64,000 bases of DNA from the human T2T-CHM13v2.0 reference genome, Homo sapiens. The notes under the pieces are model-generated. The model had not been told where the DNA came from. It did no database searches and saw only the letters and a program-made list of their open reading frames with translations. Position 1 is the stretch's first letter; every line of letters starts with the position of its first letter. The translations under genes were made by a program, and so were the position numbers. Positions 47,249-62,592 of the stretch are shown in pieces. The DNA lies in the NCBI RefSeq assembly GCF_009914755.1, contig NC_060928.1. The stretch is one strand, 5' to 3'.

Positions 47249-47449
47249 CTGAAGGCAACATGTTTTAGAAAAAGCAGGGACTTGAGATCTGACTGTCACT
47301 CCCCAGCTCAAGTGCCTTCACCTCTCTGAGCCTCATCTGACAGAGAGGACAAAGCAGACACACCCCAAAAGCAGGTTCAGAGCAAACCCATGCCACTGGG
47401 GGGAGGCAAACTGAAAAATAGTGGGAAAGTCTAAATGCATATTTCTTTT

Positions 47450-48586
<1,137 letters not shown>

Positions 48587-49037
48587 TGTATTAGTCTGGG
48601 TTCTCTGGAGGGACAGAACTAATAGGATAGATGTATATATAAAGGGGCATTCATTAAGGAGTATTGATCACACAGTCACAGGGTAAGGTCCCACAAAAGG
48701 CTGTTTGCAAGCTGAGGAGCAAGGAGGGCACTCTGAGTCCCAAAGCTGAAGAACTTGGATTCTGATATTTGAGGGCAGGAAGCATCTAGCATGGGAGAAA
48801 GAGGTAGGCTGGGATGCTTAGCCAGTCTAGCCTTTTCACGTTCTTCTGTCTGCTTTTAATCTGGCTGTGCTGGCAGCTAATTAGATTGTATCCACCTAGA
48901 TTGAGGGTGGGTCTGCCTTTCTCAGTCTACTGACTCAAATGTTAATCTCCTTTGGCAACACCCTCACAGACACACCCAGGAACAATACTTTGCATCCTTC
49001 AATTTAATCAAGTTGACACTCAATATTCACTGTCACG
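48587..49037 (-). mobile_element. MLT2A-like (ERVL) solo LTR
   Basis: tgtattagtctgggttctct..gcaagctgaggagcaagga..ggcaacaccctcacagacacacccagg; perfect 5 bp TSD tttac (48582-48586, 49038-49042). Confidence 0.92.
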
Positions 49038-50484
49038 TTTACGTTTACTTAAAGAAAAAAAAAGCTTCTTGAGCTCATCTACTCTGAAACCTTATTTTAA
49101 AAATAATTCTAATGAGTTCCAGAAAAAAAACAACTTTTCTAAAGAAAATATCAGAACTGTGGTGAGAAAAATCTAGTCTCTTGATATCCAGAGTATTTGG
49201 CTTTCCACTACAAGCACACAGAATGTATATTCTATTTGAAAATAAAGTAAAATATACAGAAGATAATATTGTTTTAATTTATCAGAGATGTTAGATAACA
49301 ATCTCGTAGATAGCCAAAGACTCATTGCTCAGTCTAGAAGTAAAACTTAATCACCTACCTAAATATTAGCATATTAAAAAAATCTCAATAATACTTTATG
49401 TCATTCTGAAAATTTATTTGATTTTACTGAGATGAATCATCTTTGTAGTCATAAGTATTACAAGTATTAGTAGGCAATATCATCATAAAAAGAAACTAAT
49501 AAAACATTTTATTTATAGTCACTAATTTTTTAAATGTAATAGATAACCAGAACTGTAATTTACCCCTTGTTTATATATAGCCATGCATTCTTCTCAAAAG
49601 GTTTAATGTGTACATGATTTTTTCCCCCTGGAGTGTTACATTTTCTTTTAGCATACAGATAATATACAGCCCAGTGTATTGTATTAAGCACTCAGTATTT
49701 GCTTATAAATTCACTTTGGTGGCTTAAGGCTTTTGCTATTCCTGTCCTTGTGATGAATTGGAAAATCTAATATGACTTGACATATTCAGCTCAACAAAAT
49801 GGGACTTCAGTAGTTTTTGAAATATCCAATTTATGTTTATATGCTAATTTTCAATCTTCCAGAATTAAAAGTATCATATTCTTCAGTTTCCTTTAAGGTA
49901 TCAAGTGGTGCCTACTGTTTGGGTAAATGATAACCTATTCTTTCAAAATTCCTCATCAATTTAATACATATTTATTAAACTCTAGTTTAATATTATTAAT
50001 AAAATTACATATTTATTAAACAATAGTCATATAGAGAGATATTTATGTAGATTATAGATATATATGATTTAATGTACATGCAAGCAAATATTGGGACAAC
50101 CATTTGATACTTTTCCTTAGAATCAAGAGTAAGCAGAGGGAGCACATTTTAATTTTCTGCAACATTTTTTAATGTGTGTGATTGGCTTATTTAGTAAATT
50201 TAACTTATTACATTCACTTTAATTTAAATGAAGCTGTTCTTAAGTTTAGTCAATCAAAGCAAAACCTATTTGACAATGCCTTTCGGGTTAGAAAGTCAGT
50301 ACTGACATTTGAAATGAGTACACATACAAAGCTGCCAAAGTATTATCTGCCTTTAAATAACACTCTTGGAAACTTCAAAGTCATAATAGGAATTAATCAG
50401 AAATGATCAAATCTTATGTTTTATAGAGGGTACATATTTACAGTGATTTAAGTTTGTATTCATATTTACATGAATTTAGTCATT

Positions 50485-52252
50485 TTTTTAAAAACGTGTA
50501 TTTTAGGTCCGGGGTACATGTCAAGTTGTGTTACATAGGTAAACTTGTGTCTCTGGTCCTAGCCTAATACCCAACAGTTAATTTTTTTGCTCTTGTTGCT
50601 CCTCCCACTCTCCACCCTCAATTAGGCCCCAGTGTCTGTCATTTCCTTTTTTGTGTTAGTGAGTTCTCATCATTTAGCTCCCACTTATAAGTCAGAACGT
50701 GTGGTATTTGATTTTCTCTTCCTGTGTTAGTTTGCAAAGGGTAATGACCTCCAGCTCTATCTATGTTACTGCAAAGTACATGATCTCCTTCTTTTTTATG
50801 GCTGCATGGTATTTCATTATGTATATGTACCATATTTTCTTTATCCAATCTGTTGTTAATGGGCATTTAGGTTGATTCAATGTTTTTGCTTTTGTGAATA
50901 GTTCTGCAATGAACATTCATGTGCATGTGTCTTCATGGTACAATGATTTATATTCTTCTGGGTATATACCCAGTAATGAGATTGCTGGGTCACATAGTAG
51001 TTCTGTTTTTAGCCATTTGAGGAATCACCACATTGCTTTCTGTGATGGTTAAACTAATTTACACTCCCCAAAACAGTGTATAAGTGTTTCCTTTTCTCTG
51101 CAGCCTCACCAGCATCTCTTACTTTTCATCTTTTTAATAATAGCCATTTTCTCCCATTCTGTAGTTTGTCTGTTTACTTTGTTGATAGAGTATTTTGCAG
51201 TGCAGTCACTTTTTAGATGTCATTTGTCAATTTTTGCTTTTGTGGAGATTGCTTTTGGCATCGTCATCATGAAATCTTTCCCTGTTCCTGTGCCCAGGAT
51301 GGTATTGCCTTGGTTGTCTTTCAGAGATTTTATAGTTTTAGGTTTTATGTTTTAAGTCATAAACTATCTTGAGTTGATTTTTGTATGTGGTGCAAGGAAG
51401 TAGGCCAGTTTAAATCTTCTGTATGTGGCTAGCCAGTTAGCCCAGCACCATTTATTTAATAAGGAGTCTTTTCCCTCTGGCTTGTTTTTGTAAACTTTGT
51501 TGAACCTCAGATGGTTGTAGGTGTTTGGTCTTATTTCTGGGATCTCTATTCTCCTCCACTGGGGTATGTGTCTTTTTTTGTACCAGTACTATGCTGTTTT
51601 GGTTACTGTAGCCCTGTAGTATATAGTTTTAAGTCAGGTAACATGATGCCTTCAGCTTTGTTCTTTTTGCTTAGGATTGCTTTGTCTATTTGGGCTCTTT
51701 CTGGGTTACATATGAATTTTACAATAGTTGTCTAGTTCTGAGAAGTATGTCATTGGTAGTTTAGTAGGAATAGCACTGAATCTATAAATTACTTTGGGCA
51801 TTATGGACATTTTAATGATATTGATTCTTCCTATCCATGAGCATGGAATGCTTTTCCCCTTTTCTGTTGTCTCTAATTTCTTGGAGCAGTGTTTTGTAAT
51901 TCTCATTGCAGAGATCTTTCATTTCCCTGTTTGGTATGTTCCTATGTATTTTGTTCACTCTTTGGCAATTGTGAATGTCATTGCATTCCTGATTTGGCTC
52001 TCAGCTTAGCTGTTGTTGGTGTATACGAATGCTAGTGATTTTGTATATTTATATCCTGAAAGATTGCTTCAGTTATGCATCAGCTGAAGGAGCTTTTGGC
52101 CAAGACTACGGGTTTTTCTACATGTAGAATAACGTCATCCGCCAATAGGGATAGTTTGACTTCCTCTCTTCCTATTTCAATGCACTTTATTTCTCTCTCT
52201 TGCCTCATTGCTCTAGCCAGGACTTCCAACACTATGTTGACTAGGAGAGGTG
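50485..52252 (-). mobile_element. 5'-truncated L1PA13-15-like element with an internal deletion near 51148
   Basis: catcatttagctcccacttataagt; ORF2 remnant [28 protein letters not shown]; possible TSD gtcattt. Confidence 0.88.
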
Positions 52253-52256
52253 TTGG

Positions 52257-52390
52257 GTCATTTCATACTCATAAGAACTCTATTATATAGTTATCCTCAC
52301 TTTACATATAAAGAAATCAAGCCAGAGAGTTTAGAACTTGATTTGCCTACCAATCTGTCTCCACAGCCACTACACTAAATCAACATGATA
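52257..52390 (-). mobile_element. MIR fragment, apparently split by the L1
   Basis: tcatttcatactcataagaactct..ttatcctcactttacatataaagaaatcaag. Confidence 0.55.
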
Positions 52391-53392
52391 TCTCATATTG
52401 CCTTTGTATTCACAACTAGGAAAATGTGATCATATGGCCATCCTACAGCTAAATGAAAACATCTGCTTAATGTACAGTGATGGATGCTAAATATTTGAAA
52501 ATATAACTCTGTTAATGGTATTCGATATTTTAGGGACATATTACTTTAATTCTAAGATAATGTTAATTCTGAAGCATGGTTTTGTTTAATAAAATATATT
52601 CAGGTAAAAAATAATTACACATTGATTATAAGATGGCTCTTATTTATAGAAGCATGAAATATGAGTAAAAATAAATATCTTTACATTTTCATAGATAAAA
52701 ACTACAGCTGAAATACATCAATAGGAGTTTATTATTTTATCAAGTATTATTTAATATTTTTATATATTTATGCAGATATCAGTATTTCACAAAACAAATT
52801 TAGGTTAAGTTAGTTAAAATTTTATGGGTAAATTATTTAAAAAAAAAGAATATCAGAGCAGGATTATTATTTGTGAGTTAAAATCCCACTACTCTTTGTT
52901 TGATTGTATTTCTATGTTATTTCTTTAATGATTGATAATGTCAAAAATTGACATTATCAATAACATTTATTGACACTATTGATAATGTCAATTATTCTCA
53001 TTATCAATCATTAAGAAAATAACATAAAATGTAAAATAAAAATTATATATAAGGCCTGTATAAAAAAATAAAGAAAAATGAACTTTGATAAGAAATTAGA
53101 AATGCAATTAAATATAGGACACCTAAAAAGAAAGACCAGAAATACTCCATTATTCTGTTTACTAAACATGTTTTAAAGAGTCCAAAAGCAATCTCAGTAA
53201 TTGCTTTGGAGACTGTCAAATACATCTGTGGAAGTTTATCAGATTGTGTCTAAAATAAAGTGAAATGAATTAAAACATGTTGAGAATCAGAGAATACAGA
53301 TAAAGCATAAATATCATTCTTAAGGATAATTCTTCATGCTGTATCTCTGCTAGAGTCTTTTCTAAAATTGTTATTTACAGCCTATAACATAA

Positions 53393-53904
<512 letters not shown>

Positions 53905-54734
53905 TTATTTTCTTGTATACTATTAAACACACACAAATAGAGTTCAAATTTTGTTTACATTTATCTGTTTAAAATGTAATTATTGATTTTAATGATGCAA
54001 TCTATTTAAAATTCAAATAATGATTTTGAAAATTAAAATATTAAGCTTTAGCTAAAAATATTTTGTGCACATACTACTATGCTATAAAAGTTTAGAAAAA
54101 CTGTGACTTAGGTATAAAAACTCAATACTAGGTTTCATGAAAAAACATACAATGATATTTATTTTTGGCCCATGCCTCTGAAATTTGTTTCACCATAGCC
54201 AGTTACATGCACACACCTCATTAAAGGTAAAGAATGTATAATTACCACACGGAATTCATAATTTGTACCTTTTGAACTAAATTATTTAACTGTTTACTTT
54301 TATGGGATCATAGATAGTAAGTTCAGAAAATGAAAATGCATTTTCTAGCTAAGAGGAAAACTTTGGCATCTCTAATACTTTCTAGGGAGACAAAATGTGA
54401 ACCTGTGGTTATTACCTTAGTATTTAAGAAGGAGAGCAAGTGACTAGATATCTCTCATATGTCCTGAAGTCAAACAAAACCTCTTTGGTAGGAAGATGTC
54501 TGAAGAAAATAACACAGGCTTTCTGTCTTTGCTTATGTATTGGACAGTACTAGGATACTTCAAGGGTAACTTTGAGGAATCCTTTGCATAACCTCAAAAT
54601 GAAGTGGGGCAAAATATCTCAGCTCTAGGAATTCTTTTAACATTCTTAGATATGTGGGAATATGGCTTGGAGAGGAAATGAAAGGACAAAACTATCTCAA
54701 CAAATGCTTCCCCAGCCTTCAACTCCACAGATCA

Positions 54735-54768
54735 GCCTGCAACAACAGATTATCATATACTGGATATT

Positions 54769-54812
<44 letters not shown>

Positions 54813-55089
54813 TTATTTCTCACAATTCTGGAGGCTGGGAAGTCCAAGATCAGTGTGTTGGCAGAGCTCAGTTTGATGAGGGTCCTTTTCCTGGTTTACA
54901 GATGGGCCTCTTCTTTCTGTGTCCTTATCGTAGGGTGCAGAGAGAGTTAGCCCATGTCTACTCCTTTTTTTATAAGAATATTAATTATGAACTACTACTT
55001 TGCAAGACCTCACCTTTAAATATCATCACATTGGGAATTAGCCTTTCAACATATGAATTTTGGGGATATACAAATATTTAGTCCACAGA
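54735..55089 (-). mobile_element. MLT1A-like LTR containing (CA)n at 54771-54810
   Basis: atttatttctcacaattctggaggctgggaagtccaagatca..ttcaacatatgaattttgggg. Confidence 0.82.
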
Positions 55090-55719
55090 AAGCCTGAAGG
55101 ACAGACTTTCCTTTTTTTTCTAGAACATCTGTTGACTTACTTTTCCATTTTTGACACACAGTAAAACTACCATAGCTAATTTAAGAAAAATATAGATAAA
55201 CAGAAGGGTTATTTATGGATTAATAAAATTTACTTATAGTTAAAATGCTTCCTTAAAAATTTCCAAGGCAAGATAAAAATTTACTACTGCCAAAATCTAT
55301 CTATCACTGCTAAAAATCTACTACATATGTAAGAAAGAAATAATATCAATTCTATACAAGTTAAGAAGATGCACTTTGCAGCTCATTTTACAGGGTCGGC
55401 ATTACTCTGTTACCAAACCAGAAAAAATACATAAAAGGAAAGAAACCTAAAGGATAATATCCCTAAGGAAATATACACCAAAATCTTCAACAAAATCTTA
55501 GCTAGTCATATACAGCAATATTAAATATAGGTAGTAAATTACAAAAAGTGAGCTTTGTTTAAATATTAGAAAATCACTTAATATAATTCAGTGTGCAGAT
55601 AGGCTACTAAAGAAAATCCAAAGAATCATTTCAATAGATACAGAGAAAAAGCATTTGACAAAAATGCAGCAATCATTCATAAACATAGTCTTATAATTGT
55701 ATTAACTTAATAAAGGTGT

Positions 55720-56110
55720 CATTATGGGCTAAATTGCTTCCCTCTCCTGAATTCCATATGTTGAAATTCAAATCCTCAGTGCCCCCAAATGTAATCATAT
55801 TTGGAGATCGGGTCTTTACAGAGATAATTAAGCTATAATGAGTTCATTCAAGTGGGCCATATTCCAATATGATTTATGTCCTCATGAGAAGAGAAAATTG
55901 AAACACAGACACGTACAGAAGGAAAACCTTGTGAAGACACAAAGAGGATAAAGCCACTTGGAAACCAAAGAGAGAAGCCTGGAACTGATCCTTCCCTCAC
56001 AGCTGTAACCAAATGTGGTGACATCTAGAGTTCAGCTTCTTCGCCTCCAGAACTGTGAGGAAATAAATTTCTGTGATACTTTTTGGCAGCAACCTTAGCA
56101 AACCAATACA
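55720..56110 (+). mobile_element. MLT1B-like LTR
   Basis: ttatgggctaaattg..atttggagatcgggtctttacagagataattaag..gcctccagaactgtgag..tagcaaaccaataca. Confidence 0.85.
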
Positions 56111-56729
56111 GGGATTTGCACACAACCAGCAATTATCATTAAACTTAATGGTGAAAAACTGAATAAGTTTCCTGTAATACCTGGAAAAAGCAAGAACGTT
56201 TATTCTTACCACCTGTAACATTTTACTAGAGCCCCCAGCCAGTGTAATAAAGCTGAAAAAAAGATACAAAAAGCACGCAGATAAGGAGAGATGAAATAAT
56301 ACTCTCTTTACAGATAAATTATGACACAACTGAGTGTACAGGCAATGTTGAAGAATATACAAAATGGCTATTGGAACAAATAAATAAATTTAATAAAACT
56401 ACAGGACACAAGATTATTAAAGAAAATCAATGATATTTGCTTATACTAGCAATAAGCATTTGGAAATTGTATCATTTATGATAACATCCAACACATGTAG
56501 TATGTATGGCTAAATTTACCAAAATATAGATTGTTGAGATATTCTATGAAACATTATTGACAGCTAAAGAAGGCCTATATAAATGGAAATATATGTTAAG
56601 GAAACTAAAGATACAATAATGTTAAGATTTCAATTATCCAGAAATTTATACATGTTTAACTAAAGCCTTATTAAAAAGATTAGTAGCTAGCTTTATTAAA
56701 TTCCAATGATGTCTCACTATGCTACATAT

Positions 56730-57644
56730 TTTTAAGTTTTTAAAACAGATACATGTATAATATGAAATAATATTGGTAATTGCTACATCATCACCTCAAA
56801 TACTTATCACTTATTTCTCCTATCTAACTAAAACACTGTACCCTTTGATATCTCCCAATTCTCCCCAGTCCCCAGCCTCTGATCATAATCATTCTAGTCA
56901 CTGCCTTTATGAGTTCAATTGTTTAAGATTCCTCATATAAGTAAAAACAGGTACTATTTGTCTTTCTGTGCCTGGCTTATTTCACTTAGCATAATGTCCT
57001 CAGGTTCATCAATGTTGTCACAAATGATAGGATTTCCCTCTTTTTAAAGATTTAATGGTATTCCATTGGGTGTGTTGTGTGTGTGCGTGTGTGTGCACGT
57101 GTGTGTATATATATATATATATACTACATATAAAGAGTGTGTGAGTGTGTATCACATTTTGTTTATCCATTGATTTGTTTATGGACACTTGGTTTGATTC
57201 CATAACTTGGCTATTGTAACCTATCCTGCAATGAATATAGAAGTGCAGATAGCTCTTCAACGTATTTATGTTTATAAAATACATCGGATATAGACCCCGA
57301 AGTAGAGTTGCTAGATCATATAGTAATTCTATTTTTAGGTTTTTAAGGAACCTCCCTACAGTTTTCTGTGGAACAAATCAAGAGCAAGACAACAAATGAC
57401 TCAATTAAAAGTAGTCAATGCACCTAAATAGATGTTTCTCAAAAGAAACTGCTCCTAAATGCAAACGGCAAACAGATATATGAAAAAATAATCAACATCA
57501 CTAAATATTGGTGAAATACAAATTAAACTACAATGAGATAGTCACACAAGTCAGAACGGCTACTATCCAAAATGATGAAAGATAAAAAGTGTTGATGAGA
57601 ATGTGAAGAAAACCAAATCAGACTGTTGGTGAGATTGTAAATTA
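56730..57644 (-). mobile_element. L1MA4-6-like element with apparent 5' inversion (minus 56730-57371, plus 57372-57644)
   Basis: Antisense 3' end tatttgtctttctgtgcctggcttatttcacttagcataatgtcctc. The plus piece ends gtaaatta, just upstream in L1 coordinates of where the minus piece starts. Confidence 0.7.
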
Positions 57645-58599
57645 CTCCAATTATACTTGGCAGGGGTATTCTAAACTGATTTTGAAACTATAAAGAAAGT
57701 AGAAAAGCTTTTAATTTATTTTTTATTTACTAAAGAGAAGTACATAGAGGACTTACTTTTCCTGCTTCAAGACTCACTATAAAGTATAGTCATAAAGACA
57801 GTGTGGTATTGGAGGACAGACATACAGAAGCATGGGACGAAATAGAAAGTACAAAAATTAATAAACACATATACAGTCAATTGATTTTTGCCAAAGATCC
57901 CAAGGAAATGAATGAGAAAATGATAGTTTTCTACAAATAATATTGAAGTAATTGGAGTCCACATCAAAAACAGAAAAAGTTTTACGTCTTAAAAGTTAAA
58001 TCATAAACCCAAATGTAAGTGGTCAACTTCAAAAGTTGAGGAAGAACACAGGCACAAAATGGACCAACGAATGTTGTGACATTGAATCAGGAAAGCTTAA
58101 AATAATGCTCAAAGGGCATGAGCTGTAATTTAGAATGAAGATAAATTCAATGTATAAATATTTTTTAAAAATTCATTTTCAAAAGAGGCTCAATGCATTG
58201 AAGAACCAAGCAAAACTGTGAGAGGATGTTTTCAAATATAAATGGGTAAAGAAATTGTGTACAGAACTTCTAAGTTACACTTAAAACTCAGTGAAGAAGA
58301 AAACTCAACAATAAAATAAATGTTTGAACCCTTTAACAAAGATACATGAATGATAAATAAGAACATAAATATATAAGAAAAATGGTTAAAAAGTAAAAAA
58401 ATTCAAATTAAATTGGCAATCATATACCCCTACCTACCTAAAATATTAGTTAAAATTAAAAATCTGATTATACTACGTTATATAAAATTTCAGAAAAGTA
58501 AAAATTCTTTATCTTTGGGGATTTGGATTATTTACTGTTATATCAAAACATATTATACACATGCAACATTTTAATAATGTATTATTTGCTTGTCTTAAT

Positions 58600-59520
58600 A
58601 TTCTAGAATGCTCAAGGATGATTCCATCTATTAATGAAACAGGATATATGGTAGAGAAACAATTGTTTCACAAGACGGTTTATCAACATAAAATTATAAT
58701 AAATCACTGGAGATAATATGTTTATGGGACATTTGAAGTCCTATCTGGGGAAACATAATGCTAGATCAGTGCCTAACTTATTGTCTCAATTAAATAGAAA
58801 GTATATTAAAGAGTTGAACAGTAATAAAAAAAGGAGATAAAGCAGGAGGAAGAGAAACAATAAATTCTAGGTGAAAATACATGTGATTGTTTGACTTTAG
58901 TCTATAAACAGATTCCTACACAAGCAATATAATAAATTCAATGAGAAGAATTTAGAGACTTGATAAAATACAAAAATATGTATGATCAGCTTCCCAAAAT
59001 TTATCTTAAAAAGGAATGTAAAAATGAGAAAAAATATTTTATCATGTGTATCAAACCTAGAATATCATTTTTAAAACATGCATACAGTTGAACACAAAAA
59101 GTAGAAAAATAAAATAGACAAGCCAAACAAAGAATATCAATAGCCTTTTACACAAATAATAAATTGAAACAGTAAATGATTTAACATATTTAAAGGGGGG
59201 TGGTGCATCAAACAATTCAAGAAATACAAACAAAAATAACAATAATGAAAAAACAAAAAAATTGGACAATTTATTTTTTGATTTTGTTAAATATTAATAG
59301 CATGGAACATTGAAATAATAACTTGAATTCTGCTGGTATGTGCATAAATTGCTTTAAAATATAGTTCTGTATAGCTATTTGGCTATAGGATGACAATGCT
59401 TTAAAATATTATCTTAAACCCATTAATTCCCTTTCTAGGAATGCATCCAAGAAAAATTTCAGAGGTTTAGACAAAAATTATGAACAAAGATACATATAGC
59501 TCTTTATAATAATGAAAAAA
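58600..59520 (+). mobile_element. Highly decayed L1M(E) 3' region
   Basis: ctgctggtatgtgcataaattg, taattccctttctaggaatgcatccaag. Confidence 0.5.
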
Positions 59521-59599
59521 ATTTAACTGCAATCTCTTCTCAATGAGGCCAACTTAGGGGCTTATTTCAGCTTCTTTTTAAATCCTTTTTGTGTAGTTC

Positions 59600-59812
59600 T
59601 ATATTTTCCCATGAAAATTATCACCTTCTATCATAATGTTACAATTATTTATTATTATTTATTATCATTTATCAGTTACTTCCTGCCACAGAACATAAGT
59701 TTTATGTGTGCAGCCATTCTTTTCCTAGTTGTGTTAACTGATGTATTCTAAGTGCAAAGAAGAGGCCCTGTCTATATTAAGTACTCAGTAAATAATTGGT
59801 GATTAAAATAAT
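59600..59812 (+). mobile_element. L2a 3' end
   Basis: agaacataagtttt..actgatgtattctaagtgcaaagaaga..aagtactcagtaaataattggtga. Confidence 0.65.
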
Positions 59813-60319
59813 TAATAATATTATTATTATATATGTATTTTATTATTTATTAAATAATAAAATTACGTTTTAAAACATAATGAGTATTTAGGCATATTTA
59901 AGCATATATAAATTTTCCTGTGTGTGCAAAAATCAGACAACAATCTACTTTTATAGTGACCATAATCATACACATATATACATGTATGTATTCAAAACAA
60001 AAGAATGCAAAGGTTCAAATGGTAGACTTAAAGGTGATCTTCATTTGCCCTCATCTCTAAATATTCTATAATTATTATATAATAATCGAACACTTAGAAA
60101 TATAATTAAAAATATAGTCTAAATATATATTGATATATAAAGTAGTTCATAAAGATAATGTACCTCAATATCATATATTTAAGAGAAACAAAAATATCTT
60201 AATATATGGATTTAAAATGGGGAATTGAGGAAACACGCATGATGTGAAATAACAGCTTACAGCACAAGACTGTGCCATGAAGAATTGAGACTTTTATAAA
60301 GATATGAAAAATTCATAAA

Positions 60320-60929
<610 letters not shown>

Positions 60930-62253
60930 TAGGTAGAAAATACCATGTACTGTACATATATATTAAATATTTATACATGCATACAGACAGACATATGCTC
61001 AAACACATACACACACAGAATATACATTACATATACTTAATACAATTATTTAGTTCACACCCTAGTATGCCTAGTATATTATATATTTAATATTTTTATT
61101 TCACCAATTAATGCACGTCTGCACAGGCACACACTTGTGCTATTTCTCTAAGTCCTTTGTCTTGAAAATGCAGTTTTCTAGACATAAATGCAATGAGTTC
61201 TAGAAATAAGTCTATTATCTTCTGTAGTCAGTATTGGATAATTGAAATAAATGTATTTTTTAATTTTTTTTATATTATATTATATAAGAGAATGAATTTT
61301 AATTATTTGAATCAACATTGTATTTTTTTAAAATCTAGCTGAAGACCTGGCACATGCATGGAAGCTGATGAGTATTTATTTACTGAATTAGACATTAAAT
61401 AAATCGGTGCATCTTTTGTGGTCACTCTTTCTACATAACAAGGATTTGATGGTTAATATCTGCATGTAATGTGAAAGACATTGTAAATCTACTTATGTAT
61501 ATATATATATATGTATAAATATATATATAATTGATTTGATCAATTTATTGGTCTTCCTATCTGTCTATATCTATGCCCTATATTTATGCTTAAATTGCTC
61601 AGCAATTTTAAGTGAGGTGCCCCTGTATAAGTGATTTCTTCTCAAGTTCCTGTTATTTCTTTAAGTTCTCTCCCCAGTCCTAAACAACTACAAAACTTCC
61701 TAAGAAGATAAAGTTGAAGAAATAGTTCACAGCAACATTCTAATTTAACTCTATTCATATATCCTAGGTGGCACAACAAGAGGTTGAAAAAATCTGTGCA
61801 GATTGTTTTACATACCTCAATAGAGCCTTTTATATAATTCTGAGTGACTAATTTCTTTCAGCCTGTTTAGACAGGATTAGATTGAACTGAGAATCTCTCC
61901 TAACATAATTACGTGATTATCTTGGGATTCTTCTTTTGTTGCTCATCTTGCTACATCACATCAGTTGGAAGAGAAAATCTGTCGAATTATACATGTCGAG
62001 TTCTAGAATTTTGTGAATGTAAGCACACAGTCTTTGAGATGTAAGAACTTTATGACATAATTATGAAGATAAACATTGATCCTCACATCTGCTCTGTCAA
62101 ACTAAGCGTAAGTGGTTCACAGTCTGTACCACAGCTAAATTTAAAGTGAGTGATCATTTTGATAAATATTGTGACTGACATTTATATGGTCTAGAAAATA
62201 TCTGACTGACTTTTATAAACCAGATCTATGAGTTGAGAATGGGAACACTGTTA

Positions 62254-62592
<339 letters not shown>

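Larger units (their letters stand above)
46021..47426 (-). pseudogene. Retroposed copy of a non-TE polyadenylated transcript, or orphan 3' transduction
   Basis: T10 at 46021-46030; AATAAA (minus) at 46046-46051; degenerate TSDs 46004-46022 and 47427-47449; TT/AAAA target; GC-richer than flanks; interrupts a colinear L1ME. Confidence 0.7.
55210..58500 (+). mobile_element. Old L1M ORF2 relic, host to MLT1B and an inverted L1MA
   Basis: ctcattttacagggtcggcattactctgttaccaaaccaga, tcaatagatacagagaaaaagcatttgacaaa and catatacagtcaattgatttttg. Confidence 0.75.

Noticed and set aside
46907-47329. Track ORFs 46907-47125, 46929-47150 and 47024-47329
   Set aside because: Largely MIR-derived or antisense to the more protein-like minus frame at 47122-47247.
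54662-55081. 139 aa ORF with a THTHTH run
   Set aside because: It reads through a (CA)n microsatellite and an MLT1A LTR.
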